A stretch of 59,841 bases of DNA, the filler included, from Dugesia japonica (lineage: Eukaryota), in the NCBI GenBank assembly GCA_001938525.1. It is 4 parts of 4 records of this genome, joined end to end, with 100 filler letters (N's around TTAATTAATTAA, not from the genome) between each part and the next. Parts side by side here need not be neighbours in the genome. Positions count along the whole stretch, not along the records: positions 1 to 27,472 come from MQRL01623635.1; 3 more parts are not named here. One strand, given 5' to 3'. Under the pieces are notes generated by a model, which searched no databases, was not told the DNA's origin, and was given only the letters and a program-made list of their open reading frames with translations. Of the stretch, positions 1 to 13,045 are shown one piece after another (position 1 is the stretch's first letter; the number at the start of each line of letters is the position of its first letter). The position numbers and the translations under genes were made by a program.

Positions 1-2744
1 ATTCATGATTTCTTGCGTTCAATGTTTGTTATAAACGATCCATTTTTAATCGATTGTTATTAGCCTTTAAAAATCGATCTTTTTCGTTCCTTTAAAAAAT
101 TGAAGAAAAAGACAACTTCAAAGTACAAAATATAAGATTTTTTTAGTTAATGTTTTAATTATAAACATCTTATTTTCTGCACTTTTTCTTTACCTTAGAA
201 AAAATAAAACATCGATATTTTTTAAGATAGAAAACAACAGCAAAAATGATAAACAAAGGTAGGTTATTATTGTTATAAATAAACTTTTATATGTTTTCGA
301 TATAAAATTCATAAAATAATGCACTTATTNAAAAGTAAATATTGGAGTAATTCAAACGGTGTTTATCGTGTTCTTTTTGTTTTTGATCGTAAACTTTTTA
401 AAGTATATTTTCAAAAACAAATTTAGCTTAATTGTTTTAGACCCAAAATGCTAGAACAAAAATAAAGTAGACAGTATAGCATTGAATATCTTAGATATGG
501 ATTTATAGCATCGTCAAAAGATCAAAAATAACTTTTTTGTCTTGTTTGTCAAAATGTCTTATCAAATAGGTCCATGAAACCCTCAAAACTACGGAGCTTT
601 TGACAAATGTTCACAGTGATTTAAAAGATAAAGATGTTTCTTATTTTCATGAAGTAAAAAGAAAATATGTTAACCAACTTAAATTGAAGGATCTTTTTTC
701 AACTGGGTCAAAACAAGATAATGATGAATTACGTGCATCATAAAGAAATATCGTTATTAATTGCTAAACCTGAAAAGTCTCATAGTATCGGTGAATAATT
801 AGTTCTTCCTGCAATTTGTGATGTAATTAATACAGTGATGTACAAGCCGGTTTCATGCATTTTCAAGAAAATACCACTGATAAATAGTACAGTTCAAAAG
901 AAAATTGATGAAATGGCTCAGGATGTTGATTTTTCTCTATGTGAGTATTTACCAAGATCTTTCTTTTTTTACAATTAGATGAGTCAACACTATATGGCAA
1001 TGATGCATTCCCTTTGGCATATGTTCAATACATTAAAGATGAAAGAATATGTCAGTAATTGCTTTTTGCTTAAAATTTGACTCCAAAGATGAATCTTTAT
1101 TTCTTGTATTGAAGAAAGTTTTTGACAAGAAAGGAATACCGGTAAATAATATTTTAACAGTCGCTACGGACAGAGCGCCAGCAATGATAGGTTTTCATAA
1201 AGGGTTTATAGCTTATCTCAGAAAATTTCTTCCAAGCATTATAGCTATACATTGTGTCATTCACCGACAACATCTTGTTTCTAAAACCTTAAGTAAGCGA
1301 ATACATGAATCACTGGGTTGTTTCACTAAAGTTATAAATAAAATAAAAAGTAACTCACTTAATTTAAGATTGTTCAGTCAAATTTAAATCAAAAATTACG
1401 AAGAATTTAATCGTTTATTACTACATACTAAAATTCGTTGGCTCTCAAAAGGTTTTTGTCTTGATAAGTTTTACTGTCTCTCTTAATTCTGTTGTAGAAG
1501 TTCTTGAAAAAAGAATTATTAGTTATAACAGAAATTTATTGAATTAAGAACTGCTATTGCATACTTAACTGATTTAATTTGTAAATTTAAGCCAATGATT
1601 TAAACTTAATAAAAGCCAAAAATATTTGGATTAGTTAAAAGATTTTGCTTCATAAACGGAATCTAGGAGGAGGTAAAATTAATCAATTTTCAAATTTAGC
1701 TGCCACAAATCAAAATGAAGATGACATTCCTGCCTATTGTAATCACCTTGATCGTTTATATTCTGATTATATTCATTGATTTGCGGCTATTTTAAAATGA
1801 AAATCCCTGGTTGGGTTTTAGACCCTTTCAAAAGTGTTATTACTGAAGAATCTTATAAAATACAAGAAGAATTAATAATTCTGGTTACAAGAATAAATTT
1901 CAAAGACCTATCCCAAATGAAATCAATGTTTAATAAAAACAAAAAATATAACAAAAACAAAATTTATTGAAATCGATATTTAATGAACACAAAATCAGCA
2001 ATTTTACTAAAAAGCGAAATCTCAATGAAACCATAAACATATTTGAATCTACAAAGACTACCAATGTACCTTCGTGAATTAAATTGTTTGGTAATTTGCT
2101 CTATGTCTGCGTCTACTAATCAAATAAGTAATAATAACTAATAATAATCAAATATTATTTAATTCCATTACCTTCATTGTATTTAGAAAGGGGTTTTAGT
2201 GCGGTTACAAACCTTCTAACCAACAAAAGAAATAAACTTCAAATATCCGATCGTGGAGATTTAAGGCTTTTACTTACAAAATCAAACCTATTATTGAAAA
2301 ATTGGAAGAATCTCATCAGATATATCCATCACATCACATTTTTAATGTTAAATAATAAAATTCACTATTTTATAAATTTAGTTTTTTATCAATTTTGTTT
2401 ACGTTGTTTTAAATAAAATTAAGACTATTATATCCTACTTTGAAACCAAATTAAGCATCATGGACGTTTATATTTTGATATTATTAAAAAACATGATAGT
2501 CACCAACTTAAACATCATCCATAAATGTTTTGTTATTTAAAAACATATACATTGTATATATTGTTAAATATTATACAATAACGAAAATAGAAAATTTAAA
2601 CTTTTAATTTTTAATTAATTAATATTTTATGTGTAATAAATACATATCTTTGGTTGATAAAAGTTACAAGTATTATAGAGGGTCCATGAAAGTTTCAAAT
2701 CTTCAAAAAGAGGTCCATGGTGCAAAAACCTTTGAGAAACTCTG
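1..2744 (+). mobile_element. Buster/Charlie-type hAT DNA transposon, decayed (5' end outside the window)
   Basis: Broken transposase ~448-2330 (RQYSIEYLRYGFI, CLVC..LSNRSMKPSKL, ATDRAPAM, HCVIHRQHL, YLERGFSAV). 3' terminus TTTGAGAAACTCTG ends at 2744, followed by GTCTAAGC, which fits the NNNTANNN Buster-type target site. Confidence 0.9.
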
Positions 2745-2749
2745 GTCTA

Positions 2750-3560
2750 AGCCAACACATAAATTTCTAAAACAATATATAATTTCTAGTTTGTCAAATT
2801 AAATTTCTTAATTAACATATAAAAATTTAACCAAGAAGTTAAACTTATAATCTGTCACACTAAAATGTAGTTTATCTAATCTAACTAATAAAAATTAACA
2901 CTCAACATGTTAAATTCTAAGTTTTAACGCATAAAATTTCTATGTCAACACATAAAGTTAAAATCCATTACAATAAAACTGTAATCCAATAAATTACAAT
3001 TATATTTCTTTACATAAAATTCTAACAAAAATTAAAATCTAAACAAAAATTATAATCCTAGCACTAAAATTACTTTTATCACAGAAAAGTCTCAGAAAAT
3101 TCATAAAAATTCTGTCAGTGCATAATTTCTAGTTTGTTACATTAAATCAGCACAAAAATCCTAACCAACAACTTAAACTTATAATTTGTCACACTAAAAA
3201 TATACTTTATCAAATTGAAATTCCTAAGTAAATGCTTTAAAATTATAATCCGTCTCGCAAAAGTATAATTCATACCATACAAATTAACACTGAACAAGTT
3301 AAATTCAAGTCAACACTTACAATAACTTACAACATTATAATCTATCACACTAAAACTACAATCCATCATACAGAATTGTAACTCATTACACTAAAGTTAC
3401 ATTCTATCTCACACACATTTCATTAAATCACAGTAAAACTCCAAGTAGACACATTAAATTTCTAAACTAGTACATAAAATTATAATTCATTATACTAAAA
3501 TTATATAGAAGTCATTAAAATCACATTTACAACACATTAAATTTATAAGTCAACATGTAA
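2750..3560. repeat. Degenerate AT-rich tandem repeat region
   Basis: Recurrent variants of AAATTATAATCTRTCACACTAAA; period irregular. Confidence 0.5.
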
Positions 3561-6500
3561 AATATAGGATTCATTATTGATAATAAACACTTCAAGATGG
3601 AAAATAATCACTTTGTCATCGAAAATTATAGTTTCAACACAAAACATAGACACTTCATCATAGAATATACAGGTATCATCATTTCAAATACTTTAAATGG
3701 TAAATTATTTATTATTAAATAATTTTGTTTAAACATGATCGAAATAGAATAATTTCATATTATTTCATCATTATTTTGCCACTATAATAATATCAAGTAA
3801 GATTTTTCATTTAATTTGCTACATTATTGTTTTTATTTTAGATTATTTAGAAAACTTATTATGATTTCTGAAATATGTAAATGTAAATATATATATATAT
3901 ATATATAATAAGAAAGTGTATTATGATCAATTTTACGAAAACTTATTTTGATCAATGTTATTATAAAATTTGATAAATTATGAAAATTAGTAAGGATTTA
4001 TTTTTATTTAAATTAAATGGTACTGATTTTTGTAATTGTAATAATTTTTGTAATGATTTTATTTTAAGTTAACAATTTTAAAAATTAATAATTTCTTTTC
4101 ACTTAATAAATTGATTTTCGGATGATAATTGTATGCTTTATGAATTCTTAATGATATGATTAAAGTTATTGGAAATATGGTAACTTATTACGAATTATTA
4201 TCACTATTATAAACGTTGACAATCAGTAAGGATTTATTTTTTTTAAAATTAAATGGTAATAATTTTTATTTAAACTGTAATGTTTTTCTTAAATGATAAT
4301 AAGTAACGATTTTATGTAATGATTTAATTTAAATATTTATGTAATAACAGTTGACTCTAAATTCTAATCCATTCTGCATAATTGTATCTAGACAAATATA
4401 AGCGTTAAAGACCTACTGTTTTTATCTTAAACAGCAATGTATATTTGAGAACGGATGTGAACCGTAAAAAGCATTGCTGCCAGAGATGCACATACTTTAA
4501 TCGAGCTTAGTCTAGTTAAAACTACACAAGCTTATCGATAAGTTTAACTATGAACGAGCTCAACTGGATGCTTACGCTCCGTCAGACTGTACATGTCAAA
4601 AGAGACGACGTAATGGTATGGAATTCAATCAAAACTGTTATTGATAAAATGTATGAAAATAATTTTTAATAATATTATCGATTATTTTATTTAGAATACA
4701 AATAATATACTGGTTTCATTAATTATACTAAGACGAAGAGCAATATTACTTTAAAAATAAATATTAAGAATGATTTTCTTAAGGATAATAATCGTTTCTT
4801 CGATTGAGCAGCAAATATTTATTAAACTGGGTACATCTAATGTCAGAAGCATGAATACTTTGTTCTGTGAGTATCTTATATCGATTAAATCAAAACGTGC
4901 GTACTCATAAACATCTAATAGTTTTTACCATGTAAGAATTAATGTTTCTAACGAACATCTCAAATTACAAACCCTGAAATGTTTCACATTTAAGTCGTTG
5001 AATGAATATTAATATTGATTAGTTTAGCATTGAATAGTTTGTTCAGAAATCATAAAATGTCGAGCATCCAATAGTATGAGCCAGTGAGCATCTAATGTCG
5101 AGTGCTGTCTTTTTTAAAACAATGTGAACTGATAAATAAAATTATAAAAATAATTTATAAAAAGTTATAAAAAAATTAATGGACTAAAATGTTGATTGTT
5201 ATAAAAAATTTAGGTTTAAAATAAATTAATAAAATTTAAAAAGAATTAAAAAATAAATACATGATAAAATCAAAAAAATTAATTTTTTAATATATAAATA
5301 CATTTATTAAAACAAGTTCATTGGATCTACATTGGATTTTGATAAGTGATGGGTTTTTGAAAAGGTAATATGATGGGAAGGGTGTATGTGGTCGCTTGTG
5401 CTTTGATTTATTATTTTTTGTGGTCAAATTTGATTGGTTGATGTTTGTATGCAGTATAAGTGTGTTAAAAAATCTTTGGGAGGAACAAATGGTATGTATT
5501 GAAAGAAAATTAATTATCGGATTTTATAAAATTTAATTAAATTTTTTCTGTGGAGTGGGTGTGACGTTATATTATTTTGAAAAGTAAATGTTACATAAAA
5601 TGATGAATTTTATTGATAAATGATGAATTAAATGAAAATATGGATATTTTTATTAAATAGATGTATTTTTGAGTAGACTTCATATTTAAGTATGGGAAAA
5701 AGTGTTTTTTATATTTTTGCAGATGACAAGGATAGTTTTTGATATTTTTAGTTGAAATTTAAAGTTTTTTTTGTCGAGAAATTAAAAAAATTTATTATTA
5801 TGCTGGAAATTTAAAAAATTAATTTTGATAGGAAATTTAAAATTTTTCTTTTGATCAGGATTAGAAATTTTGGTCCTGGAAGTGTGTGTGTATTTTTAAT
5901 GTTTAAAATTTGTGTGTGTTTGAAAATTTGAGGAGATTAATTGAGGAGATTGAGTTGGTAAATGTATATGTGTGTGGTAGTGAAATTGGACTGGAGTGAG
6001 GTGTGGAGATCTTGGAAATAATTGTTTCAGAGCTTTTAGGATATGGTTGTATTAGGACTAAAATTTTGCCTATAGATTTTCTAAATAACTTATGAGGTAT
6101 GATGGATGATTCGTCCTAGTAATGTAATAGCGCACTATCACAGTCTGAGGATGAGGGTAGTTTTGATATTTTAGATAGAAAATTTTAAAAAAGTTTTTGG
6201 CGGGAAATTTAAAATTTTTTCTTTTGAGCAATCTTGATATTTTGCATGGGATGGGGGAGTCTATATTTTTCATGGGATAGGACAGTCTAAAATTTCTCAG
6301 GCATGTGTTACTGAGTTGCAACACAATTGCTTGTGAATTGCATTTATTAAAATTTCCAGGTACGTGATGCATCCAAATTGCATACATATCGCATCCCTAT
6401 TGCAACCCAATTGCATACTTATTGCATACAAACTGCATTCATTAATAAAAAACTATTTCCAATAAGAAACATTTATTATTACAACAACTATTTTTCTTTT

Positions 6501-7036
6501 CTTTTTCTTCTTTAATTTTATTTTCCTGTAGATGAATTTCTATTGGTCCATGGCATGATTCTGTTACTTCTAAAACCAATAATATTATAGTATTTTTTAT
6601 TTTAAACATATAGTTTTTAATTAAATCTTAAAATTAAATAATAATTTTTTTATTACCTTCTTGAATTGTTAGTAATATTTTAAGTTTGAATACAAACTAA
6701 TTTCTATCAATATTTTCCAGCATTTCTTCTATAATAATGTCCAAATTTATTATTAATAAACGATTACATTAAATTTGTTTATATTTAACATGCACAATAC
6801 ATGATCGCGTCATGCAAGATGCATGTTTGCAATAAAAAAAAATTATTAAAACTGATAATAAAACTTAATAATTAATAAAAACTAACAATAATAACATCTT
6901 ATATTCAACAATATACAATAATTATTAATTATACAATAATATTAATAAAATACAATAATTAATTTTGAATTAATTTATTTTTATAAAATTTTAATTGGTT
7001 AATTTTAATTCTTATTTTAACTTTAATTATTTAATT

Positions 7037-8900
7037 TAATTATTGAAAATTATATTTACTTTAGGATTGTCTTCTTTGGTTATTATTACTTCAAATTTTA
7101 TTCTATGTAGTGTAGAGATGTAGACTGTTCCTAGTGTTTTTCATGTTATGTGATGTTGTTCTAGTGAAATTCTATGTTTGTGTTGAAAGTGTTTGAAGAC
7201 TTTAATTTCTTTTTGTTTCAGATATTCCCTAATTCTTGTTCGGAAGGTTCTGCATGTTTCACTTATATATGTTTCTTGACAAATGGTGCATGTTATTTTA
7301 CAAGTGACATTATTCTTTTGCATATATTTCTACCATCACAAATGCATTTAAGACCCCAAATGATTTGTCTTGGTGTCTGTAATTGGATGCCCAAAGGGTC
7401 TTGCGTTTTGAATATAATTCTAGGATTGTGTTTGAGTTTAGAATTCTTTATTATATTTTGCATGATTTGGCAAAATTTCTCATTAATAAAAGGTAATTTA
7501 ATAACTGTATTTGTTTTTGGTTTGATTTTATTTTGTTTTGTATTTAAAGATAAATATTTCGATATAATTTTATTTGGATAGCTATTATTTAAAAATTTAT
7601 TTTTTATCAATTTGAGAGAAACCAATTTCATTTCTTTATTTGAAGATAGTATCTCAGCTCGAATTCCTTCACCTTTAATTATACCAATTTTCTGGCTGAT
7701 GATAGTATTACTACTCCAGGGTAATATATGTCCACAGTAAAATGGTTTCATATATAATTGAGTAATTAATATTTCACCAGGTTTATTTTTGGATTAAAGT
7801 GTTCAGGAAATGAATTTGAAAGTCAATTGATTTTTCTAAAGTGAATTTAATGTTATCTAAAGAAGAATTAGTTACAAAGAAAATATCATCTATGTATCTA
7901 AACCATAGATGAATTTCCTTGTTTAATTTAAGAATTATTTGATTTTCAATGAAGTTCATGAAGTTTATCGCTTGAAGTGGAGATAAATTATTACCCATTG
8001 CAAGACTATCCTTTTGTTTAAAAGTTGTTCCGCGATAAAAATGGTATCAGAAAAGAGACACATATTGATTAGACATTTGAAATCATTTTTGATGATCTCT
8101 GGAATATCTGTATGTTCTTTGTATCTTTTAAAGAAGTCACTTACAATATCAATGACCTTTTTAGGTCCTTTACTTGAAATTGATCCTTATAGATTGGTTA
8201 ACATCAAGTGAACCAAATTCATCATCACTTTTCCATTCATAATTTTTAATTCGTTCGATAAACTCATAACTGTTCTTTAAATGTATCAGAATGAAATTTA
8301 ATAGTGATTTTAATATATCTGTCAAAAGTTTGCATAATGCAGTAGAAGGAGTGTCAAAAGCGTTTACAATAGGTCTTGATTTCATTGTTTTTTGTAATTG
8401 TTAGGTACACATGACATCGATGATGGAACTGGTTCATGAAATTTAACTGATGAAAGTAGAGACTTTATTGGGTGTTCATATTTTTCTGCGATTTGGATTA
8501 ATTGTTAATTGAATTTAATTTCTTATGTAGTTGGTAGTCTTTTGTGAGCTATTGTTTCATAATTGTTTGAATGTTCAGAAAAGAATTCATTGTATGTTTG
8601 TACAGATAGATCTACCAATTTATATGTTTTATTAAATATTTTCAATTTCAGTGATTTTTAAACAAAACTGCTGAGAATTTTGCGGTGATTACTTTTCACA
8701 AATAAACATTTTTTGAAAGAATTTTCTTTCTTAAATAGGTCAACAAATTGTTTATTTGAAATGGAATTGTTTGTTAATTCCAAATATGTTAACCTGAAAT
8801 CGCCACCGTTAATACCCTTTGAAATAAATGAGGTTTTGTCATGTAAAAATCTCGAAATTCAGATTTCAGTCCTCATATCTCTGTGCCCAGATGACTGATA
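7037..8900 (-). mobile_element. Penelope-like retroelement (RT + GIY-YIG), pseudogenised
   Basis: RPIVNAFDTPS, SLDV.NLYGSI, MGNNLSP, WFRYIDDIF, and GIY-YIG CTICQETYISETCRTFRTRIREY; frameshifted. Confidence 0.9.
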
Positions 8901-10785
8901 TTGACTAAAATTTGGTATTATTTTACTCAGGAGAAAAAGTGACTGTGCAAAAATTAAAATATTGTCTCGGAAAAAATGCTTCCTAAAGAATATTTACAAT
9001 TGTATTACTGGATTTTGTAACCTTTTCAAAATAATAAAATATTCTTTATTAAATATTCATATTTTTGAAAAATTTGTAATTATTTATTGATGTTGGGTAT
9101 TCGAACTCAACAAAANATTTTATGGTTCGTTATTAATAAATAAGTTATTCACAATTTGGGTGTTTAATATATGTGTGTATGTAATACGATATTATATAGT
9201 TGCAATATTTTATATAAAATTATAGATAGGGTAATATGTGTATTTTCCTATATAAATAAACAAAATAAAACACCTTTTAAATAATAATANNNNNNNNNNN
9301 NNNNNNNNNNNNNNNNNNNNNNNNNNNNNNNNNNNNNNNNNNNNNNNNNNNNNNNNNNNNNNNNNNNNNNNNNNNNNNNNNNNNNNNNNNNNNNNNNNNN
9401 NNNNNNNNNNNNNNNNNNNNNNNNNNNNNNNNNNNNNNNNNNNNNNNNNNNNNNNNNNNNNNNNNNNNNNNNNNNNNNNNNNNNNNNNNNNNNNNNAAAT
9501 CAATTTTTTTATACAGATTTATTTGTTTTTTTATAAAGTTTATTTTAAAATAATTAATTTATAATAAAAACTTTATAAACATAATATCCTTTCTTTAATA
9601 TCTACAATTCCTTTTATTAATTTTCTCAAAAAATACCAACTACTTTTTAAATATATAGTAGTTTGACAATTAACAATAATTCACATTCTAAAATAACAAA
9701 ATTAATGTACATATAAAAATTAATCAGATTTAAAATTAAATGTTTCAACTAAAAATTGATCACAAAATATCATTGAGTTATTTACATCAAGATAACAATC
9801 AAAATCAGTTCGATAAAAGTTCAATTTGTAGTGGGCTCAATCCCAACATTGAAAATATCTCTATAATTGATTGAATAAATTAAGTATGATGAATTGATTA
9901 GTTTTCAATGTGTAATTTGATTAAAACTATGTTTTTGTAGATTAATTGAATTATGTTTTGAATAAATTTTTAAATGTGTTTTGAAAGTAAATTAGATTTC
10001 ATGTATATATTATTATGATTAAATTTAAAACTTTTTACGATTAAATTAAAATTATAATAGAAAATGTTTATCAATTATTGATTAAATTTTGAAATATGTT
10101 TAAATCAAATTAGATTTCACATGTATTTTTTAAATTAATGTTTAATTTATAATAGAAAACTTTCCTAAGTATTGATTCATTAAAATATTTTCTAAACAAT
10201 TATTGGAAATAACTCATAATTTATTGCATAAATTAAGTATGATGTATTTAATAATTTTCTAATAATTATCATTAAAAGTACATACAACTTGAATTTATGT
10301 AAAAAAAACATTAATTTTAGAAAAAGCTTTCAAATAAATAGTTAAAATTATGCTTTTAAATTATAGTAAAGGATAAATGAAAATAAAAACTTAACTCAAA
10401 TTTAAGCATCAAAGTAACTATTAGATAAAAAATTTTATGCTAAGTAAGAATAAAATGGTTAAAAATTGTCAATATTTAACCTTAATAAAAATAGTTATTT
10501 TCAACTTTTAATTTATAATAATTGAAATCTTTATTAAACATTAGATCATTTGAAATACTTTTAAATATTTTTTGAAAATAACTAATATAACTGATTGAAT
10601 AAATTTATTTGTTCCAAGTAGAGAATAAATTGGCTAATAAACCCATTATATATTTTTAATGAATTATATTATATTAAAATGAAGAATTAATCGTTTTATT
10701 CGGGTTATTTATAGTTATTTGAGTTGACTATATTGAATAAGCGATGAAACGATTAAACCTTTAAATAAATATTCAATATGTAAAT

Positions 10786-11077
10786 GATGATAGCGAGTAA
10801 TATATGTGTTAATACTTGTTGATAACGAGTATTGTGTATGTTAAGACTTGATGATAACAAGAGCTGTGTTTGTTAAGAGCTGTTGGTAGATATAGCTGTT
10901 GATAGTGAATATTGTACATGATGATACTTAATGATAACGAGTATTGTGTATTATAAGACTTGGTGATAGTTAGTATTCTATTTGTTAACTTAATAATAGC
11001 GAGCATTGTATGTGTTAATACATGATGATACTGAGAGTTGTGTATGTTAAGAGTCATTGGTTGCGAGTATTGTGTAT
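10786..11077. repeat. Minisatellite, ~32-bp unit, about 9 diverged copies
   Basis: Repeated TTRATGATARCGAGTATTGTRTRTGTTAAKAC-like units. Confidence 0.75.
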
Positions 11078-11931
11078 TTTTAGGTATTTTTCCCTTGAAT
11101 ATTAACAATTGAAACCAATTTTTACTAATTTATATGTATATATATCAATGAATTAGTGGGTCATAAAACTTATTAGTATTAGAATCAATAATTTTCACGT
11201 ATTCTTTCTTTGAGTAGTATTAGAATGTCATGTGATTACATACATATTGCACTTTTCTTACACTGGTAATGGACACATAATTTGTATGCAATCCAACATA
11301 TTACTGCATACTTCATGAAAATTTAAAAAAATATTTTAATACTTCTATAAAAGTTTTAAAAATGTTTTAATACGTCTTTACAATTTATTTAAATAAATTG
11401 TGACAACTGTACAATTTCATAAAATATTTAGAAACTTCTAGTCACTTTTGAATTTATTTTCTCACATAGGATTTTGAAAATATTATCAACTACTATAAAG
11501 TTTCAAAAAAATTTAAATCAACTACTTTGCAATTTCAGACAATTTTTATCGACTACTATGAAATTTAAGATTAAATTTCACAAGTTTTAGTAAATTTGAT
11601 ATTTCTCTCTCTTATCCGTACTTATCATTTTTCTATCTTAAAGCAAAGAAACTTACTGAAAATAAAGCAAAACCTAGATTGATTAAGACATGATTGGATA
11701 AGTATTACTTGTGTTGGTCTAAATGTTGAAAATATCAATAAAGTCTAATGTAGTGTATTGAATATATCTTATTTAATAGTCTTATATTCAATGATAAAAC
11801 AAATATTTCCATTACATAACCCACATTTTCCCGATAAAACTCATATTTGCTTTTAAACAAGTAATTTTCATTAAACCTATATTTTCAATATTGAGATCAA
11901 TATTTCTAATGATGAATCTAGTATTTTATAT

Positions 11932-13045
11932 TGTAAACATTTATTCTTTAACAATTTTGCTGATACTTTGGTATTTAAAAGTAAACATAAGCCCATAAAA
12001 CCAAGTTGAAAGCAGGGTTGTTAATGAGCAAACAAAGATGCAGAAGGATAATCAGATGATGAAAATTTACTGAAACAGTTATATTATTTTAAATAAGAAG
12101 CATTTCATTTCTACTCTTACTCACTATGACTCAATCTTATTGTTTTATCATTTTATCAATATATGACACTCTTTAAAGATTAGTGCAGTGAGGTCTATGA
12201 AAATATGAAAGGGAAATATGCATTAAACTCAATTAGAAACTAGAAACAATATAGCTAAATAGGGTAAATAAAGCTAAATATAGATAAATAGTGGTAAAGA
12301 ATGGAAGATGGTGGAAAACAAAAATTATTTCATAAAAGTAGACATATTAAGCATATTAATAAAATTTTAAAATTAAAAGTAAAAATATAGAACAGGATAA
12401 ATAATTAAATACTCATTAAACAATACATTTAGCACTAGTCATGAGTGAAGACCTGCTAATAGTGGATTAAAACCATTGATAATTAATGATCAGTGCACTG
12501 ATAGCAGAGTTTTGATGACCAAAATGTACTGCACAGCTATGAGTGTTTTGGTGCCTTAGGACTAGTGTACACAAAACTAAAGACTCGAGAAGAGTGAAAT
12601 TTCATCAAACTTCCTCTAAAAAACTACCCAAAATTAGTTCAATATTAGTTCAATTTAAAACCTCACAACTGCCCATAAGTTTGTTTTTATTATGACAAGT
12701 TATTTGATTAAAATGAAAGATGATAAAGAATAATCTATTGTATTCAAACAAATAATATGAGAATTGTTTAATGAAATAATTTAAAAATATCGATTGTAAT
12801 TCTACAAAATATTTATATTTTTAATCATTTTTCTACATAATTTCTTTTAAATAATTTATAATTTTTTAATTTTGCCGAATATAATATGTATAAATTATTT
12901 AAATTAATTTGTATGAAAAAATGTTTTATATTTTGAAAATATCCTAAGTACATTTTTTACAATAATATTTAAATGTAAAGTTTGATATAATATTTAAAAA
13001 TTAAAAATATTTCCCAGATATTGAAAATCTTTGAATCATTTTAAA
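11932..13045 (-). repeat. Probable 3' LTR of the adjacent Gypsy element
   Basis: Polypurine tract AGAGGGGGAAGA (13057-13046, -) is followed by T(T)TAAAA, read as a mutated TGTAAA. The matching inverted end TGTAAA lies at 11932. Confidence 0.5.

Noticed and set aside
4560-4660. Faint histone-fold-like peptide (HVKRDDVM)
   Set aside because: Too short, frame broken, no other histone motifs.
10786-11077. CRISPR-like periodicity
   Set aside because: No unique spacers; diverged head-to-tail minisatellite in a eukaryote.
12441-12520. SECIS element
   Set aside because: No selenoprotein ORF upstream; the helix and apical geometry do not fit.
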